Positions 40,093 through 53,100 of a DNA stretch of 64,000 nucleotides are shown piece by piece. The notes beneath the pieces are model-generated. The model was not told the origin of the DNA, ran no database searches, and saw nothing but the letters and a program-made list of their open reading frames with translations. Made by a program: the position numbers and the translations under genes. Within the stretch, counting starts at the first letter, position 1. Each line of letters opens with the position of its first letter. The stretch is from Auanema rhodensis (taxonomy: Eukaryota; Animalia; Nematoda). The stretch lies in NCBI GenBank assembly GCA_964057225.1, contig OZ059894.1, forward strand, positions 7,254,001 through 7,318,000, given 5' to 3'.

Positions 40093-43000
40093 ATGGCCCA
40101 CGAATTAATGACAGATGACGAGTTCTGTGAAGCCATTGAACAACTCGGAGAAGCTGGTGATCATGACCTCGGAGAACTTATCAGTATGTTATCAGCATAA
40201 TTCTTTTTTAGTCTTTTCTGCTTAATATTTTTAGAGGCAATGAATGAAAGCCGTATCATCTCTTGGGAAGAAGCTGAACGTATTCTACAGGATACTTGTG
40301 ATGGACCAGTAAAGAGTAGTTTACCTGAGCAGACTCGTCCATCAGAACCTGAAAATGATACAGGTTGTTACTTTTAAAAATGGAAAATAGTAAAGTATCT
40401 GTCTAGATGTTGAACAATGTATTCGTCGTTTGAATGATAATGATCCTACTTTGAAGGAAGTTAATCTAAATAACATGAAGGTATTGAAATGACTACATGA
40501 TTATTTTTTTTTATAAATTTCAGAGAACGCCTGTACCACAGATTCGTAGATTACTTGAAGCTTTAGCTTACAATGAATTTTGCGAAAGAATCAGTTTAGC
40601 TAATATGGGGCTGTACGATAACGATATTGCTGTATGTTTTTGTACTTCTCATAATATATTTTGAAGAAAGTGTTTGTATTTCAACCTTTTTTCAGGTTCT
40701 TCCATCTGTTCTTGAAATTAACCAAAGTTTGAAGAAATTGAACTTGGAAACCAATTATTTATCTGGAGATTTCTTCTCAAGATTATTCAAGGCAGCCTGT
40801 ATTAATATGAGTGTCGAAGAAATAAAAGCAGTTAATCAGGTAATAAAATACTTTTTAATTGAATATTAACAAATTTATTTTAAGGGAGTATCTTTTGCAA
40901 CTACTGCCGAAAAAGAAATTATTGATGCTATTGTATCAAACAAAGGATTAACAAAGGTAAACAATCATATAATAAATCCTAATACTGTAGTTTTAACATT
41001 TCAAGGTATCTGTTAATCTTCGATTACCTGAAGGAAGACACAAAATTGAAAAAGCTACTCTACGTAACGGAGAGATTAGTAAGTTATAATTTTCTGGCAA
41101 CCGCTCGTCGTGTTTTATTCATTTAAAATAAAACATAAAAATTAGGAAATGCCATGTATTAATCTGCATATTATTTGTACAATATTTCAGAACGTGTCCT
41201 ACGAAGAGAAGCAGCTTTGAAGGCTAAACAAGAAGCTGAGGAACTTGCTAAGAACCCTGTGGTGAGTAGTTCAAGCTCAGAGTCAAGCCCAACTAGTAGC
41301 TCTGAATATACGCCTTCTTCTGATAATAGACGAAAGAGTACATTAAAATACACGTTCATTTGAGCGAACCCATACGAGTGTTGTTTTATTTTTGACATCT
41401 AATTACACTTTCCCAAACCATCAGAATAACTTAACATAATTCAATTATAATGTTTTGTTACGAAACATTCTCTTAGTTAACCGAATATCACATACTAGTT
41501 ACCGTGAGTATAGAATAACTAGCACAACCTTCAGACATCCAAAATCACCAAAATTATTCTAAAAATATCTCATCAAAGTCACGATACTAATTATTTTCTA
41601 TGCTCTCATCTTTTCAGCCCAAGCTAGCTCCAGAACTTCCCAAAAAAGTTGCTGAACCACCTAAGGTAGGTTGCATGCGTATGAATTGCACTCGTTTGTC
41701 ACGTGATCCATCACGCTGAATTTCAGCATGAATTGAGTTGTGCATGAAACTTGAGTTGTCGTCATTCTGTGATTACGTGTTCGGTGTAACCGTGTGTTTA
41801 ACGTTTTTCAATTTCGGTTTGGATGTTATACATCTCCTGCTTTCCCTTCTTCCGGTTATTTTCAGTTTATATTCAGTTTAGCCCATTTATGTTCATGTGT
41901 GTACGTCTTATTTGCAATTATATGTTTTGTATTTTGTCTTTTTCTTCATAGTTTTTCCAGCTTTATATTATGTTGGAAAAATTAGAAAAAAAAATAAAGT
42001 GTATGTGTTGTGTAAATGTATGTCTGTCACTTGGGTGCATGCCAACGGGAATTTGTTTTATTGTTTTTTTTTCCACTTGATTGCGTGGTTTCTTAATTGT
42101 TCTATAGTTTCTCTGAAAATTTTGTTCGACTCACCGGGAAGTGTGTACAACTACTCTTACCCCTGCTCAAGCACATCATTGCTTTGTATATAATCAGCGA
42201 TATAAATCAGGCACAATTTTCATCCTGTGTAGTGTTGTATTGGAATGACAACTTTCGTTTTCTCCGTCAATTATTTGGAAGCCTCAGGTTAAGCTGCTGA
42301 TCGTTGATTGTCGCTTTTCCCTTTGTTGCTTCGAGTGTCAATTCGCAAAATGTTTTTTCTGCTAAGAGTTGATAATTAGACAGTTTCGTGTGATGTAATC
42401 TAGGTTTCGTTGTGAAAAATAGAATGCCAAGGTTTATATTTGGTAATCTGAATAGTGTTAATACGTAGTCGTAGCTTTGTTATACAAATATTTGAAATTT
42501 ATGCAACTTCTGCGTTTTAAGACTGCTCCGCCTGCAAAACCGCGTGGTAGCCATTTGACCAATCCAACTATTGCATCAACTGCTAAGGAAAAGAAATCGG
42601 AAAGCGAACGACGGCCTAGTACAACTAAAGTTCAAGCTGCTCCTCTAGTTCGACGACAATCTAATGCTGATCAAAGCTCAACACCAGTTATAGCTATGGT
42701 CAAAGCAGTAGATAAAACTCCTCCCTTACAGAAGGGTCCTCCAGCAAAACTGAAAAAAGAACACAGCTCAACTGATAGTGTATCATCAACGGGTAAAAAG
42801 GTTGCTAAGCCAATGGAAGAGAAAAAGTCTAGTACACCATCTGTGGGTGCTGCTCCAACATCTAAGCCAGCAACAACGAAGTCAACAACTAAAGATTCTG
42901 TCACCAAACCACCTACGTCAACTGTAAAAAAATCCACAAAACCAAAACTTTCTGATACGAAGGAAACTCCCGGGAAAGCTACTCCAGAATCGGAAATGTC

Positions 43001-43244
43001 AGCAGACTCTGGTACCGCTACACCGGTTAAGAAATCATCAACAACACAACCTTCGACAATTATTAAAGATACATTGAAAAAGCTAGCAGAAACAAATGAT
43101 GTTAAACCTAAGGCGATTGATGCCACAAAATCAGATGAAGAAATTGTGAAGAAGAAGAAGATTGTAAAACGAGTAGTGAAAAAGAAGAAGCCAGTCGATG
43201 GCGCCGGAACAGATCCAGCTCCAACTTTAGAATCAAAAAAATGA
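40093..43244 (+). CDS. tmd-2: Tropomodulin TMD-2 (LRR domain plus long Lys/Pro/Ser/Thr-rich tail isoform)
   Basis: AHELMTDDEF, MNESRIISWEEAE, EPENDTDVEQCIRRLNDNDPTLKEVNLNNMKRTPVPQI, SLANMGLYDND, LNLETNYLSGDFF, AVNQG, LRLPEGRHKIE; exons continue at 41191-41261, 41618-41665 and 42522-43244. A further 5' exon may exist. Confidence 0.88.
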
Positions 43245-43698
43245 ATATATTTATATTTATTTTATAGTCTACCAGCCCTAAACACAGAACTTGATCTGAA
43301 CTAACACACGAAGCAATTCCAGTAATTTCTTCAGTTTAACATAGCTCGAGCTTTATCTTCAACACATTTGTTAGCACCAATTGCACAGTTTCCCATAATT
43401 TCCTATTTTTTCCGTTGTCGTTGTCTACTTTTCAAGCATCCACAGCTTTTTGCCATCTATGTTCTTTCAATCTATCTACTTTCTCTACTTTTTTCCATTT
43501 CTGGGTGTATGCTATTGTACATTCAATGAAAACCTATATCATCTTCCACGATGTTTCATATTTCTCTTCAAACTGCTTGTGATATGCTGCGTGTATACAT
43601 ACATATATTTTATGGTTTTGTAATCACAACACACCCTTGCACATCATCACCAAACCCATATATCATGTTCCATACAATAAAACTTTATTTTTGTTTAG

Positions 43699-43773
43699 GA
43701 TCCAGTGGATAAGCCTATGGCCGTCTACAAGTTGAACCGTCATTATTCCAAGGACGCTACAGCAACTTCATAA
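43699..43773 (+). CDS. tmd-2: Alternative terminal exon of tmd-2 (DPVDKPMAVYKLNRHYSKDATATS*)
   Basis: Strong ttgtttag acceptor; phase 0 matches the donor after 41665. Confidence 0.65.
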   Translation, partial: DPVDKPMAVYKLNRHYSKDATATS

Positions 43774-44365
43774 GCTTTCTAGCTGTTGTGTCCTAACTTT
43801 CCTCAAATCATTTACCACAATCTGCTCAAAATCGCAGGTTTTCATCGGAATTCTTATTAATATATTATTATTTTATAAAAAACGTTTTTCAATTGCTCGT
43901 TCCATAAAATTCAATTCCTTTTATTCAATTAACTGTTTTTTTTCTATCTCATGGTTTTGCTTTTTCAAGATACAGCAGTGTTCCAAAACTCAGTATGAAA
44001 ACCTCCAGAACAAGGCTCTCGATTTGATACGAACCTTCATCTGAACATGAGCATATAATATATCATATCTTAATATAATTTTATTATTTTTTCACTCATG
44101 AACAAAACAAAATTTATGTTTTCTCATTTTTTTTTCATTTTCCTTATTCGTTTGTATATGTATATTGAAATAGCCTAGTCATACGTTTTAACTGTGTGTT
44201 TAGCAGACAAAAAAGTTTATTTTATGCATAAATGATCAATATTCACCCGTGTATCACACATAATTGTAGCAATAGAATTGCAAATAAACAATAAAAAAAT
44301 AAACAAAAACAGGATGTATTAAGATCACCGGCCATCAATTAATTTTCAATTGGCTAAAGATTACA

Positions 44366-45077
44366 TCACAGAAATGCCAATATGACTTTGTCGTCAGGAC
44401 TGAAAAATGATATTTACATATTTATTAAAATAAAATAAAAAATATAATATAAAAAAACCTATTTTTGTATTTTTTGAAATTAAAAACCAATTATGAAATT
44501 ATTTTAAGATTATTTGAATATGACTAATTCATAAACACTAATGAGACTTAAACATAAATATTCCCAAAAATCTAAATGCAACCGTTCGAATAGTTTTCAC
44601 CATAAAAATAAAATAACGATTCTATTTTTTCTAGAAATGAGTTTAGCTCATATTCTGGATAATATTTTTGAAATCATTTTATACGTTTAAAACCCTATTA
44701 ACTTTAAGTATTTATTATGATTATATACATATGTGCAGCTCAAACTTTTTTTGCGATTTGCCGCTTCCTCAAAAACATTTGTTAACTGAATATTATTGAA
44801 CTGAACCGTAAAAAATTGAATTTGGTACTACGTCGTTTGAGATTTTGAAAGCATTTTGAGAATTGCCGCTGATTTGCGTTAAGGGATCAAACATTTCGGA
44901 AAAAATTAAAAATATTTCGAAGAAATACCTTACAGCTGCTGCAACAACATCACTACGATATAATCCAGCAGACGAATCCATATCTCGGAATATTCGTTGG
45001 CACATCAAAGCACAATAAACAACAACCCAAATAAGAACAGCTAAAGCCATTACTGGCATAAAATCGTCCAGCCACAT
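44366..45077 (-). CDS. 60-aa single-pass membrane microprotein of unknown function
   Basis: Exons 45077-44929 and 44399-44366 (AG|GTATTT...TTTTTCAG) give MWLDDFMPVMALAVLIWVVVYCALMCQRIFRDMDSSAGLYRSDVVAAAVSPDDKVILAFL*; candidate trans-splice site TTTTCAG at 45276-45270. Confidence 0.65.
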
Positions 45078-48000
45078 GATTCAAAATTACAAGAAATCAA
45101 TATTTATAATTAAAAGTGATGAGTATAGATGATGACGAATAATACAGTTGGCAGACAAGTTCACGTCAGCAATTGGAAACCAACGACTTCCATGAGCTAG
45201 AAGAAATTGCTTTGAAGTCTTTTCCTGTCCAGCAAACCAAAAATCTATCGCGCTTTTCGTGTTCTGGCGCTGAAAAGAAATGAAAGTAAGAAAGTAGCTC
45301 TAATGGATGTTAATCGGGCGGCAGACGTTGTATTTCCTATTTGAGCCTAGGTGATACACAACACGTAACGAGAGAGAAATAGAACAATGTATATAGTAAA
45401 GCTGAATAACTACATAAACCAAATATAATAACCCAAATTGCACAAATTAGCGATAAACTGACAAAATTCATACCATTCTGACAATTACGAGAAAAGTATA
45501 GAGAGCAGCATGGCTTATATAAGTTTTGTGAAAAACAAATTTTCTCAAAACAGAAAGTAAACATTCATCTAACAGGTCTAAAATTTCAAGAAAATTGAGG
45601 CTTTTCATCGGAACCGGTAACTGATAACTATAACAGCAGAAGTAGAGCCTACATATTCTTCAACTTCACTGTCCACACCATAGCAAATAAATATATAAAA
45701 AGGATTTACCCTGAATTCTTAATATGAACTGAATTGTGAACATCCAAACAAATATGAGGTTTTCATGACTTTCTGAATACTTTTCGGTATAAACGATGAA
45801 AAAAGAAAGCCTTGTAGCATCATGACATTTAAGAATATCATAGATAAACTTTTTTTCTTCGAAAAAATACATCCTATATGGACTCTGTGATGAGGACACA
45901 TAAGAGCATTTGAAAAGGAAGAGCACAAAGAAAGTATGAATGCATATGTAGATATAAAAGAAATTTAAAATATTACTATTACATGCTCAAACCAGATGAT
46001 CTTGTCTTAGAATAAAACATCAACTAAACCTGTCAAATTAATGAAATCTTAAGTGCATCAAAACAAATCATGAGTAATTGATAAGTTTTCTTTTTGTTCA
46101 GATCATGAAAAAAACATTAAAAACGAACAAAATTTCAAGAAGATAGTCAGTACTAATCACATTCTACTATCCTTTTAACTTGATGTTCGAAAGTGCGAGT
46201 ATAAAGAAAGAGATGAGAATTTCGAAAAGGAGAAGAAAAGAAATCTTGATATATATACCAATCTTCACTATGTTTCTATCACTAAGCCGCACTTTGTTGG
46301 TCTTCTCCTTTTCTTCTTTTCTTATAATATATATGTATATATTTATATGTGGTGGCCAAAACCGTTTAATCAAATTTACATATTAGCTGCTAATGAGAGA
46401 AGCTTTACTTCCATTCACTTTCGGACTATTCTTCGTGAAGACACCTGATTTATTAGATTTCTGATGTTTCGATTGAACTTATAGGTTAATCTCCAGAAAA
46501 CTACAGTGATTGAAATAAAATTAGATAGAGGGAAGCCCGAGAAACAACTAGAAACAATAGGAGGCGACCTGAAAATTTTGTCAGAAATCACGATATAAAC
46601 AAGATGTTTAAGAACAACAGGATATACTTCAAACAATTAAACTGGCAAAAACATTGCATACAAGATTGGAAAAAAGTTCATAAGTCCGCACAGGTTTGCT
46701 ATACATGTGGTAGAGTTTTGAAAGTTTTTGGAAGCCGCAAATATTAAAATCTACACAAAGGACACTGGGAGTTGAATGTTAGTTTCAACTGATTGAGCAA
46801 ACAGTGCGTGACTGCCAATCTCATCAAGAAAAGTCCTTTAGTACCGGAAGTTGGGAGGCGAAAAGCGATCATTTTCGGAAGATTGTTAGAGGGTCTGAGG
46901 TGAGTACGGAAATATGTTAGAAATAAGAATAGACATCAGACCAGACACGTACAGCGATGCCAAAGTTTGTCTGTTATATCGTAGAGAACAGAAATAGGAA
47001 ATGGCTCGCTACACAGGAAATCGTTCTATTCGTGCTTCACTGGTCTCTACATTGCGATGGAATAGCACAACGAGACAAGCTTAAAATACTGGAAAGACGA
47101 ACTTGGCATATGAAACTTATTGAAAATTAGCTCTATCTTCATTAATCCATGCATATCAAAGCGATGCATTAGAAAAGGATTTTCTGAATTATCAAAGATT
47201 AACAACAATAGTTATCATTATCAATGAATATGCTGTTGTAATCTTTGTAGTTTGTTCATGAGAATAAGTTCATAACTATCAATATCATAGCAGTTCCGCT
47301 TGAATTTCTCAAAAGTATATTGAAATAGTACAAGAAATATCATATTACTCCAAGCGTTAATCAGCCTAAATTTAAATCTGGAACGAATCTACCAACTAGT
47401 TGATATACAATACATAAAATATATATATATTTCTCTTTTTTTATTTTTCAGATAAATTTGATTATCTGGGTGGGGCTCGCTATAACAAAATGGGAAAAAT
47501 ATTTGATTGCGAACCAATTTGGTTTTAATTATTTCTAAAAAGCTAATGAAAATCTATGCGGGATTTAGAGTGTCTCGGGAGTTGGATCATCATAAAGATA
47601 CAAACTGAATTACTCTGTCTAAGGCTTAAAAATCAAGAGACTCGAACTATCAGAGTACTTCGAAGAAGTTTGTCTGAACTATAAATTTTTTCGGAAAATG
47701 TGTTAAAAACAAAATCAGTGAATGTTCTTCCTTTCCTACAAAGCTTTGATGTAGCTCATCTCACTTGCATATAAGATCTTGCGTACATACATGGATCTGG
47801 AGTAGCTGCAACCACGACAAGTGGACATATCGAATTCTACAATTGCTCATGAAAATACATCAAATCGGCAAGATTTGTTGGTCAAGGAAACGCAATGATG
47901 ATGATGCATCCACATGATCATCATGAATTGTACATGAGTAGGCGACGAATGATTCTCATATACGGATAACAGCACTTTTAATGAAGAATAAGACAAAGCA

Positions 48001-48614
48001 AAAGAGCTAAAGAAGGCTATGCATTTGATACTTTTCAGAGAAAAAGGGCGACGATCTCCCATTATACTAATAAGGCGAGAATTTCAAATATCCTAAAACC
48101 CTCTCTTCTCTTCCCTATTAAGATTCCTAAGTATATCTACCGATCATCATGGGGACCCATTTGCTAGAATAATTCAATGAGCGCTCCAAGACAAAGCTTT
48201 TTTCTATTTTCTGATCGTTGAGCAAGTGTATACACTACTATATATGAATATGGTTCTGAACTATAATTAAAAGCAGAAAGGGAACACGGGACACAATGAC
48301 TTATATACTAATATTCTCCTTATACAGAACAGACTTTCCAATAAGTAAATTTTAGACGAAAACGCTTTATTTAAAATCAGTTGATAAGAAAGAACATTAA
48401 TGCATATTGAGAGATAAATTAGGGTACAAAATGAAGAGAAAACTTCTCTGATGGTGATGATAATGACAATATATGAGCAATTGCTTAACGCTTCATTGGC
48501 TGAAATCTTTAAAAGGCATAGTAGAAGTAGGATTCTTGTAGTCACGATGTGGGGACGGTGGCCTATATCACAAATAATTGAATCATTGCAAAGGGCAAAA
48601 GGCGCAAATCATCC

Positions 48615-49553
48615 TCACTTGAATCCTCTGAGATGATGTTGCTGCCAATTTGGTTGCTGATTCCAATTTGTCATTGGTGCTACAGGCATAATTTGAGCTG
48701 GAGCAATTCCATATAATGACGATGCTGCAAATTTGTGAATCGTAAATAAACATAACAATTGAATATTTATTGATTACCTGACCCTACGTGGAAATTTGCA
48801 GGATTAACAGCTTGAGGTACGATGAGCCCAAGATTGGAACCTGGAATAATATTTCTTTACAAAAGCAGAATACAGTTTCGTATTACTTTGAAGATTCTTT
48901 AAGTTTGTTATCATTGTTTTAATGAAAGTAGGATCGTGTTCAGACATTTTCATCAGAGCAGTCACGAAGTCTTTATAAGTTATACCCGATAGCAGTTCTT
49001 CTGCAAAATTCTAATAGTATGAATCGTATTATTAAAACAAGCAAACCGAGAATGGCATCAACACTTTTAGGTCCTTCTACTCGTGGATTTCTAATTCTAT
49101 TAATACTGAAATAAACATGAAATTTTGCAAATTGTGCATTTGAGCTTACCTTTCTATTACAGTAGCCTCATAAGTGGCAAAATTCCGCATATACTCATCA
49201 TATTCAACTGTACCTTCTTGTCTACTGTAAAATGAACTAAAATTAAGAAAAAGAAAAAAACCAGCTAACCTATTTTCGATTTTCCATTTTTCATAAGCTG
49301 CTTTGGCTTCTTTATATTCCTTCTCAAGATCTTCAACCTTAAAAGGTAATAATAACATTAAAATACTTGAAAATACAAGAACAATAATATAATTATTCTC
49401 TCCAATATTATATTCATGAAAAATCAAAAAAATAATTATGAATAATATTTTAAAAACGGGTGAAAATGAGATGAACTCCGGGCAGGGAAATGTGATGACC
49501 AACTGTATTACAACTAACAAACCATTTTTGAAACTAACCGTCTGAGCACTCAT
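48615..49553 (-). CDS. sut-1: SUT-1/SNA-1 (SL26p/SL21p)-like SmY/SL snRNP protein
   Basis: 7 exons give MSAQT|VEDLEKEYKEAKAAYEKWKIENSRQEGTVEYDEYMRNFATYE..SVDAILEELLSGI..DFVTALMKMSEHDPTF plus a Pro/Gln-rich tail ending HHLRGFK*. The gene model is solid; the name rests on remembered similarity (EKWK...GT..Y..Y...F; DAIL; DPTF). Confidence 0.6.
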
Positions 49554-50114
49554 AGTGGATGATTTTATGGACGTAACCGATTATGCTATTAATTATTTAA
49601 TGGCAATTTAAAACTAAGTTCTCAATATTTTTTGTCCTCTGGAAATAAAATGTCGTACGCAATAAAACGAATGTACCATTTGTACGCACGTCTCCAATAC
49701 ATTTTGAAAGTATTATATCCTCATGGAGAAAAAGATTACAGTGGACTAGAATAGTTTCATGTAGAAAGCGAATTGCACATATATAGATACATATCATAAG
49801 AAGATGCAATCGGACAAATTTTTGGTATCAATTATTTATTAAACTTATCTTATGTTTACAAATGATTTAAATCTCGACCAGCATTTTATATTTGTCAAGT
49901 ACAACCTACAATCGTTCTGGTTTGTTGCTAATTGTTAAAATGATGTCAAGAGTATTACATCACACTAGATCCACGTCTATCATACTGTACAATTATATGC
50001 TAATTAGATCGTAATAATCAACTGGAATTTCAGATTTCTTAGTACAAATAATATTTTAAAGGTAGAATTAAAGTTTTTATTTGAAAGACATGAAATAAAT
50101 TGAAAGACAACTTT

Positions 50115-53100
50115 TCATGATTTTTTGAAATTTTGTTTTATAGATAATGATAGAGACTTGTCCTGTTCTAAGAATGTGCTGTAGTTTTCTCCCCATATTT
50201 TCTAAAATGGTTGAAATTAATTGTATTTATACAAAGTTCAATCTGACCTGTTGTCTCCAAAGCCAAATGCTTATACTTTCTGTTTGAGTCATAACAAACG
50301 TCGATCCCTCGAATTTTGTAATTGGTAAGAGCTTATCTTTGTTAAAACTTTTTGAAACAATGCCTAGTACCTAAAGAATAAATTGGTGGTTCACTTTCTA
50401 TAAATTAAAGAATACTTTAGCTTGAAGTTTTTCATGTATATATGTTGTAGCTTTATGAATACTGTCATCAGATGCACCATCACTAACTAAACATAAAATC
50501 TGAATAATCAAATTACAACAAAAATTGTTCATTGACGTTATTTTTTTACTTGTAATCTGTCATGCCTAGGAGTAGGCATCAGTTTGTGTTTCCGTCGAGA
50601 TTCCTTCAAATTTTGTTCTTTGTATAATACACCAGCAGCAAAAGACAAAGCTTTCGCAAGCATTGTTGCCCCTCCAGTATATGACATACGATTTATGCCT
50701 TCTGAAACAAGACATTTCAATTATAACTTCAAATAGTTTTAGTTAACTTTTTATATTTTCGATAGAATAATATTTTTCAAAGCCGAATACAACGCTTGGT
50801 TCTTGAGAATATTGAATTAGAGCTACTCGAGATCTACCAGGCTGTATATCAACATCTTCCAGTACTTTAGTTATATTCGATTTCATCTGAAAAAGATTAA
50901 CTAAGAAAGAATAGTAAAATATGTATATACAGCGTCAAAATTTGTTATACCAATACTGCTCGAACTATCCACTAGAAATAAAATATCAATAGGAGGTAAA
51001 GTTCTAGCAGGGTGTTCAGCTGGAAGGTGACCCCTTGGTGGAACTTCATCCAAAATCGAATCTTCAGTTTCTGAGCTAATGAAGTTTGGATCTTCCTTCC
51101 AATCTGAATACAGTCAATATAAAATATATTTCAACCTCTCTTCTTCACATCTACTAGCTAAAGATTCTCCCAATTCTAGGCGAGATATTGGTCTTCGATT
51201 AGTCAATCCGCCGTAGTTGCGAGAACTTTTACTACCAGCATAAGGATCATCATGATCAATTCTTATTTTTTCTTTGTTGAGTTCTTCTTGGAGACTTCCT
51301 TCAAAATATCTAACCTTAACAAACTAATTTTATCAGCTGAACCTTGAGGTTTCTTTGTTGACAACTGAAGTGTAACAGAACTTGGGTCATGTTTTTCATC
51401 ATTTAATAAGCGTGTAGATATATGGCCATTCGATACCTCTAGCTAAACTTATATTTTTACTGATAGAGGCACTAAAACATTATTATTATCTCTACCTGAT
51501 TTCCTTCAAATCGAAGCTGAAGATTGTTATCGTCTTTATCAATATCTATAGTCCTTTGTCTGAGAGACTGTTTCATAGTACCTTAAAGTTAAAAATCTTA
51601 ATTAAAAAAAAAAACAAAGTTGAACTTTGATTATTATTTCGATCGTCGCTTTTTCCATCTTCTAACCGTTCTTTGTCTTTTCCCGGAGGATAAAAAGGAA
51701 TAATTATAGGTTGAGGCGCTGAGTTGTTCACATTAAGTGGTTGTTCTTTCAAATGTTGTTTTAATTCATCATGAGCATCCTAATTAAAGAGTAAAATGAT
51801 AACAATATTATTATATACAAGCCTTAAGTAGTTGTTGCTGCTGACGAATTTCCTCCGAGTGTTTCTGTCCTGTTTTTATGTGATCTTCCATTTGAGCATG
51901 TAGCTTTGCCGTAAAGAATTCATTTTGAGACCGTATAGATTTTTCATAATCATATAACAAATGTTTCAACTTTGAATCTAAAAAGCAGAACAAATATAAT
52001 ATTTTTTTAGGCTTAACTTACTCTGCTCTTTATATGTATATATAATATAACAAGCAATAAGAAAAATCAACAGTAGCCCCCCTGCTAAAGCTGCTGTAAC
52101 AGTCCAACATAGGGGACCAAACTTTGAGGAATTTTTTTGGCCTGAAACATATGTATATATTGCTGTATCAAGTTTTAGTTTGAAGAATTAAAACATATTG
52201 TTTGTCACTGAATTGATCTCGAAAACATACAGGAAGTTGTCCACCAAACAGTTTTTTCAGCGTTTTGCTGAACACATTTGGTAATATTCCAATTCAAATA
52301 TTTCCACCAAGACAGATCAGCAACAGAACCCATTTTGTAGATAAAAGTGAAGAAAACGCGTAGCAGAATATTGCGAGTAAGATTTTATGATAGAATTTGT
52401 TCAGTATGCTATAGTAGTTTACGAAACTTAAGGTCGATCTAGCATTAAGAAGCTGCCTAGCGACCGTTCAGAAATTATTCAATGGAGAAAATGCTTTAAA
52501 AATAGAAGAAACCTCAAAAGTAAAAAACGTTCAGCAACTTTTTTTTTGCTTGTGAAATGTTGGCGACCTACGGAGTGTAAGCTTAAAGTTTTTTTGCCAA
52601 AACGAGAATAATTCAATGTAGTACGGAAGAAGAAGAAAAAGTGCATAAGTCTAGGTTACGTACCAACAAAAGTATTAACACTTTCGCAGAGAGGCACAAC
52701 CAGCTGGTCAAGAGCATTGAAGTCTACAGCGTTTACTTGTATACTTGTAGCTGATGCTTGAAAGAATTCTGCCTAAAAGTTGTAACGCCAATTCATGATC
52801 TCATCAGATAGAGATTTTCATACTTTTTGATCATTTGAGTTAATATTTACGTGAAACAGATGAATGGGAGATATAGGCGACATCAAGACTTCCTTTTCAC
52901 CCTAAACAAAAGTTTTAATGATAATTTATGGTAGAAATTCTCACGATTTCTGGCAATTTGTACCGACTATTCGATATTGACACTATAATATCAGGCAACC
53001 ATTTCCTATTACCATTTTCTAGACCGTATCTAGCGAGAGAATTTAAACTGGCAATTGGTGAACAGTTTTGTTTCTTATCGAAAGTATCACACGGGGCGTA

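Noticed and set aside
42671-43126. 151-aa antisense ORF; likewise 56707-57630(-) and 25944-26333(+)
   Set aside because: Shadows of low-complexity coding exons on the other strand or frame.
46740-46905. Exon-like stretch ending in a strong AG|GTGAGT donor
   Set aside because: No start codon, acceptor or partner exon could be identified.
49490-49546. TGATGA ... CTGA resembling a C/D box snoRNA
   Set aside because: Antisense to the host gene, overlaps its first coding exon, and has no terminal stem.
49810-49830. Sm-site-like AATTTTTGG near the sut-1-like gene (possible SmY or SL RNA)
   Set aside because: No flanking stem-loops or leader sequence are visible.
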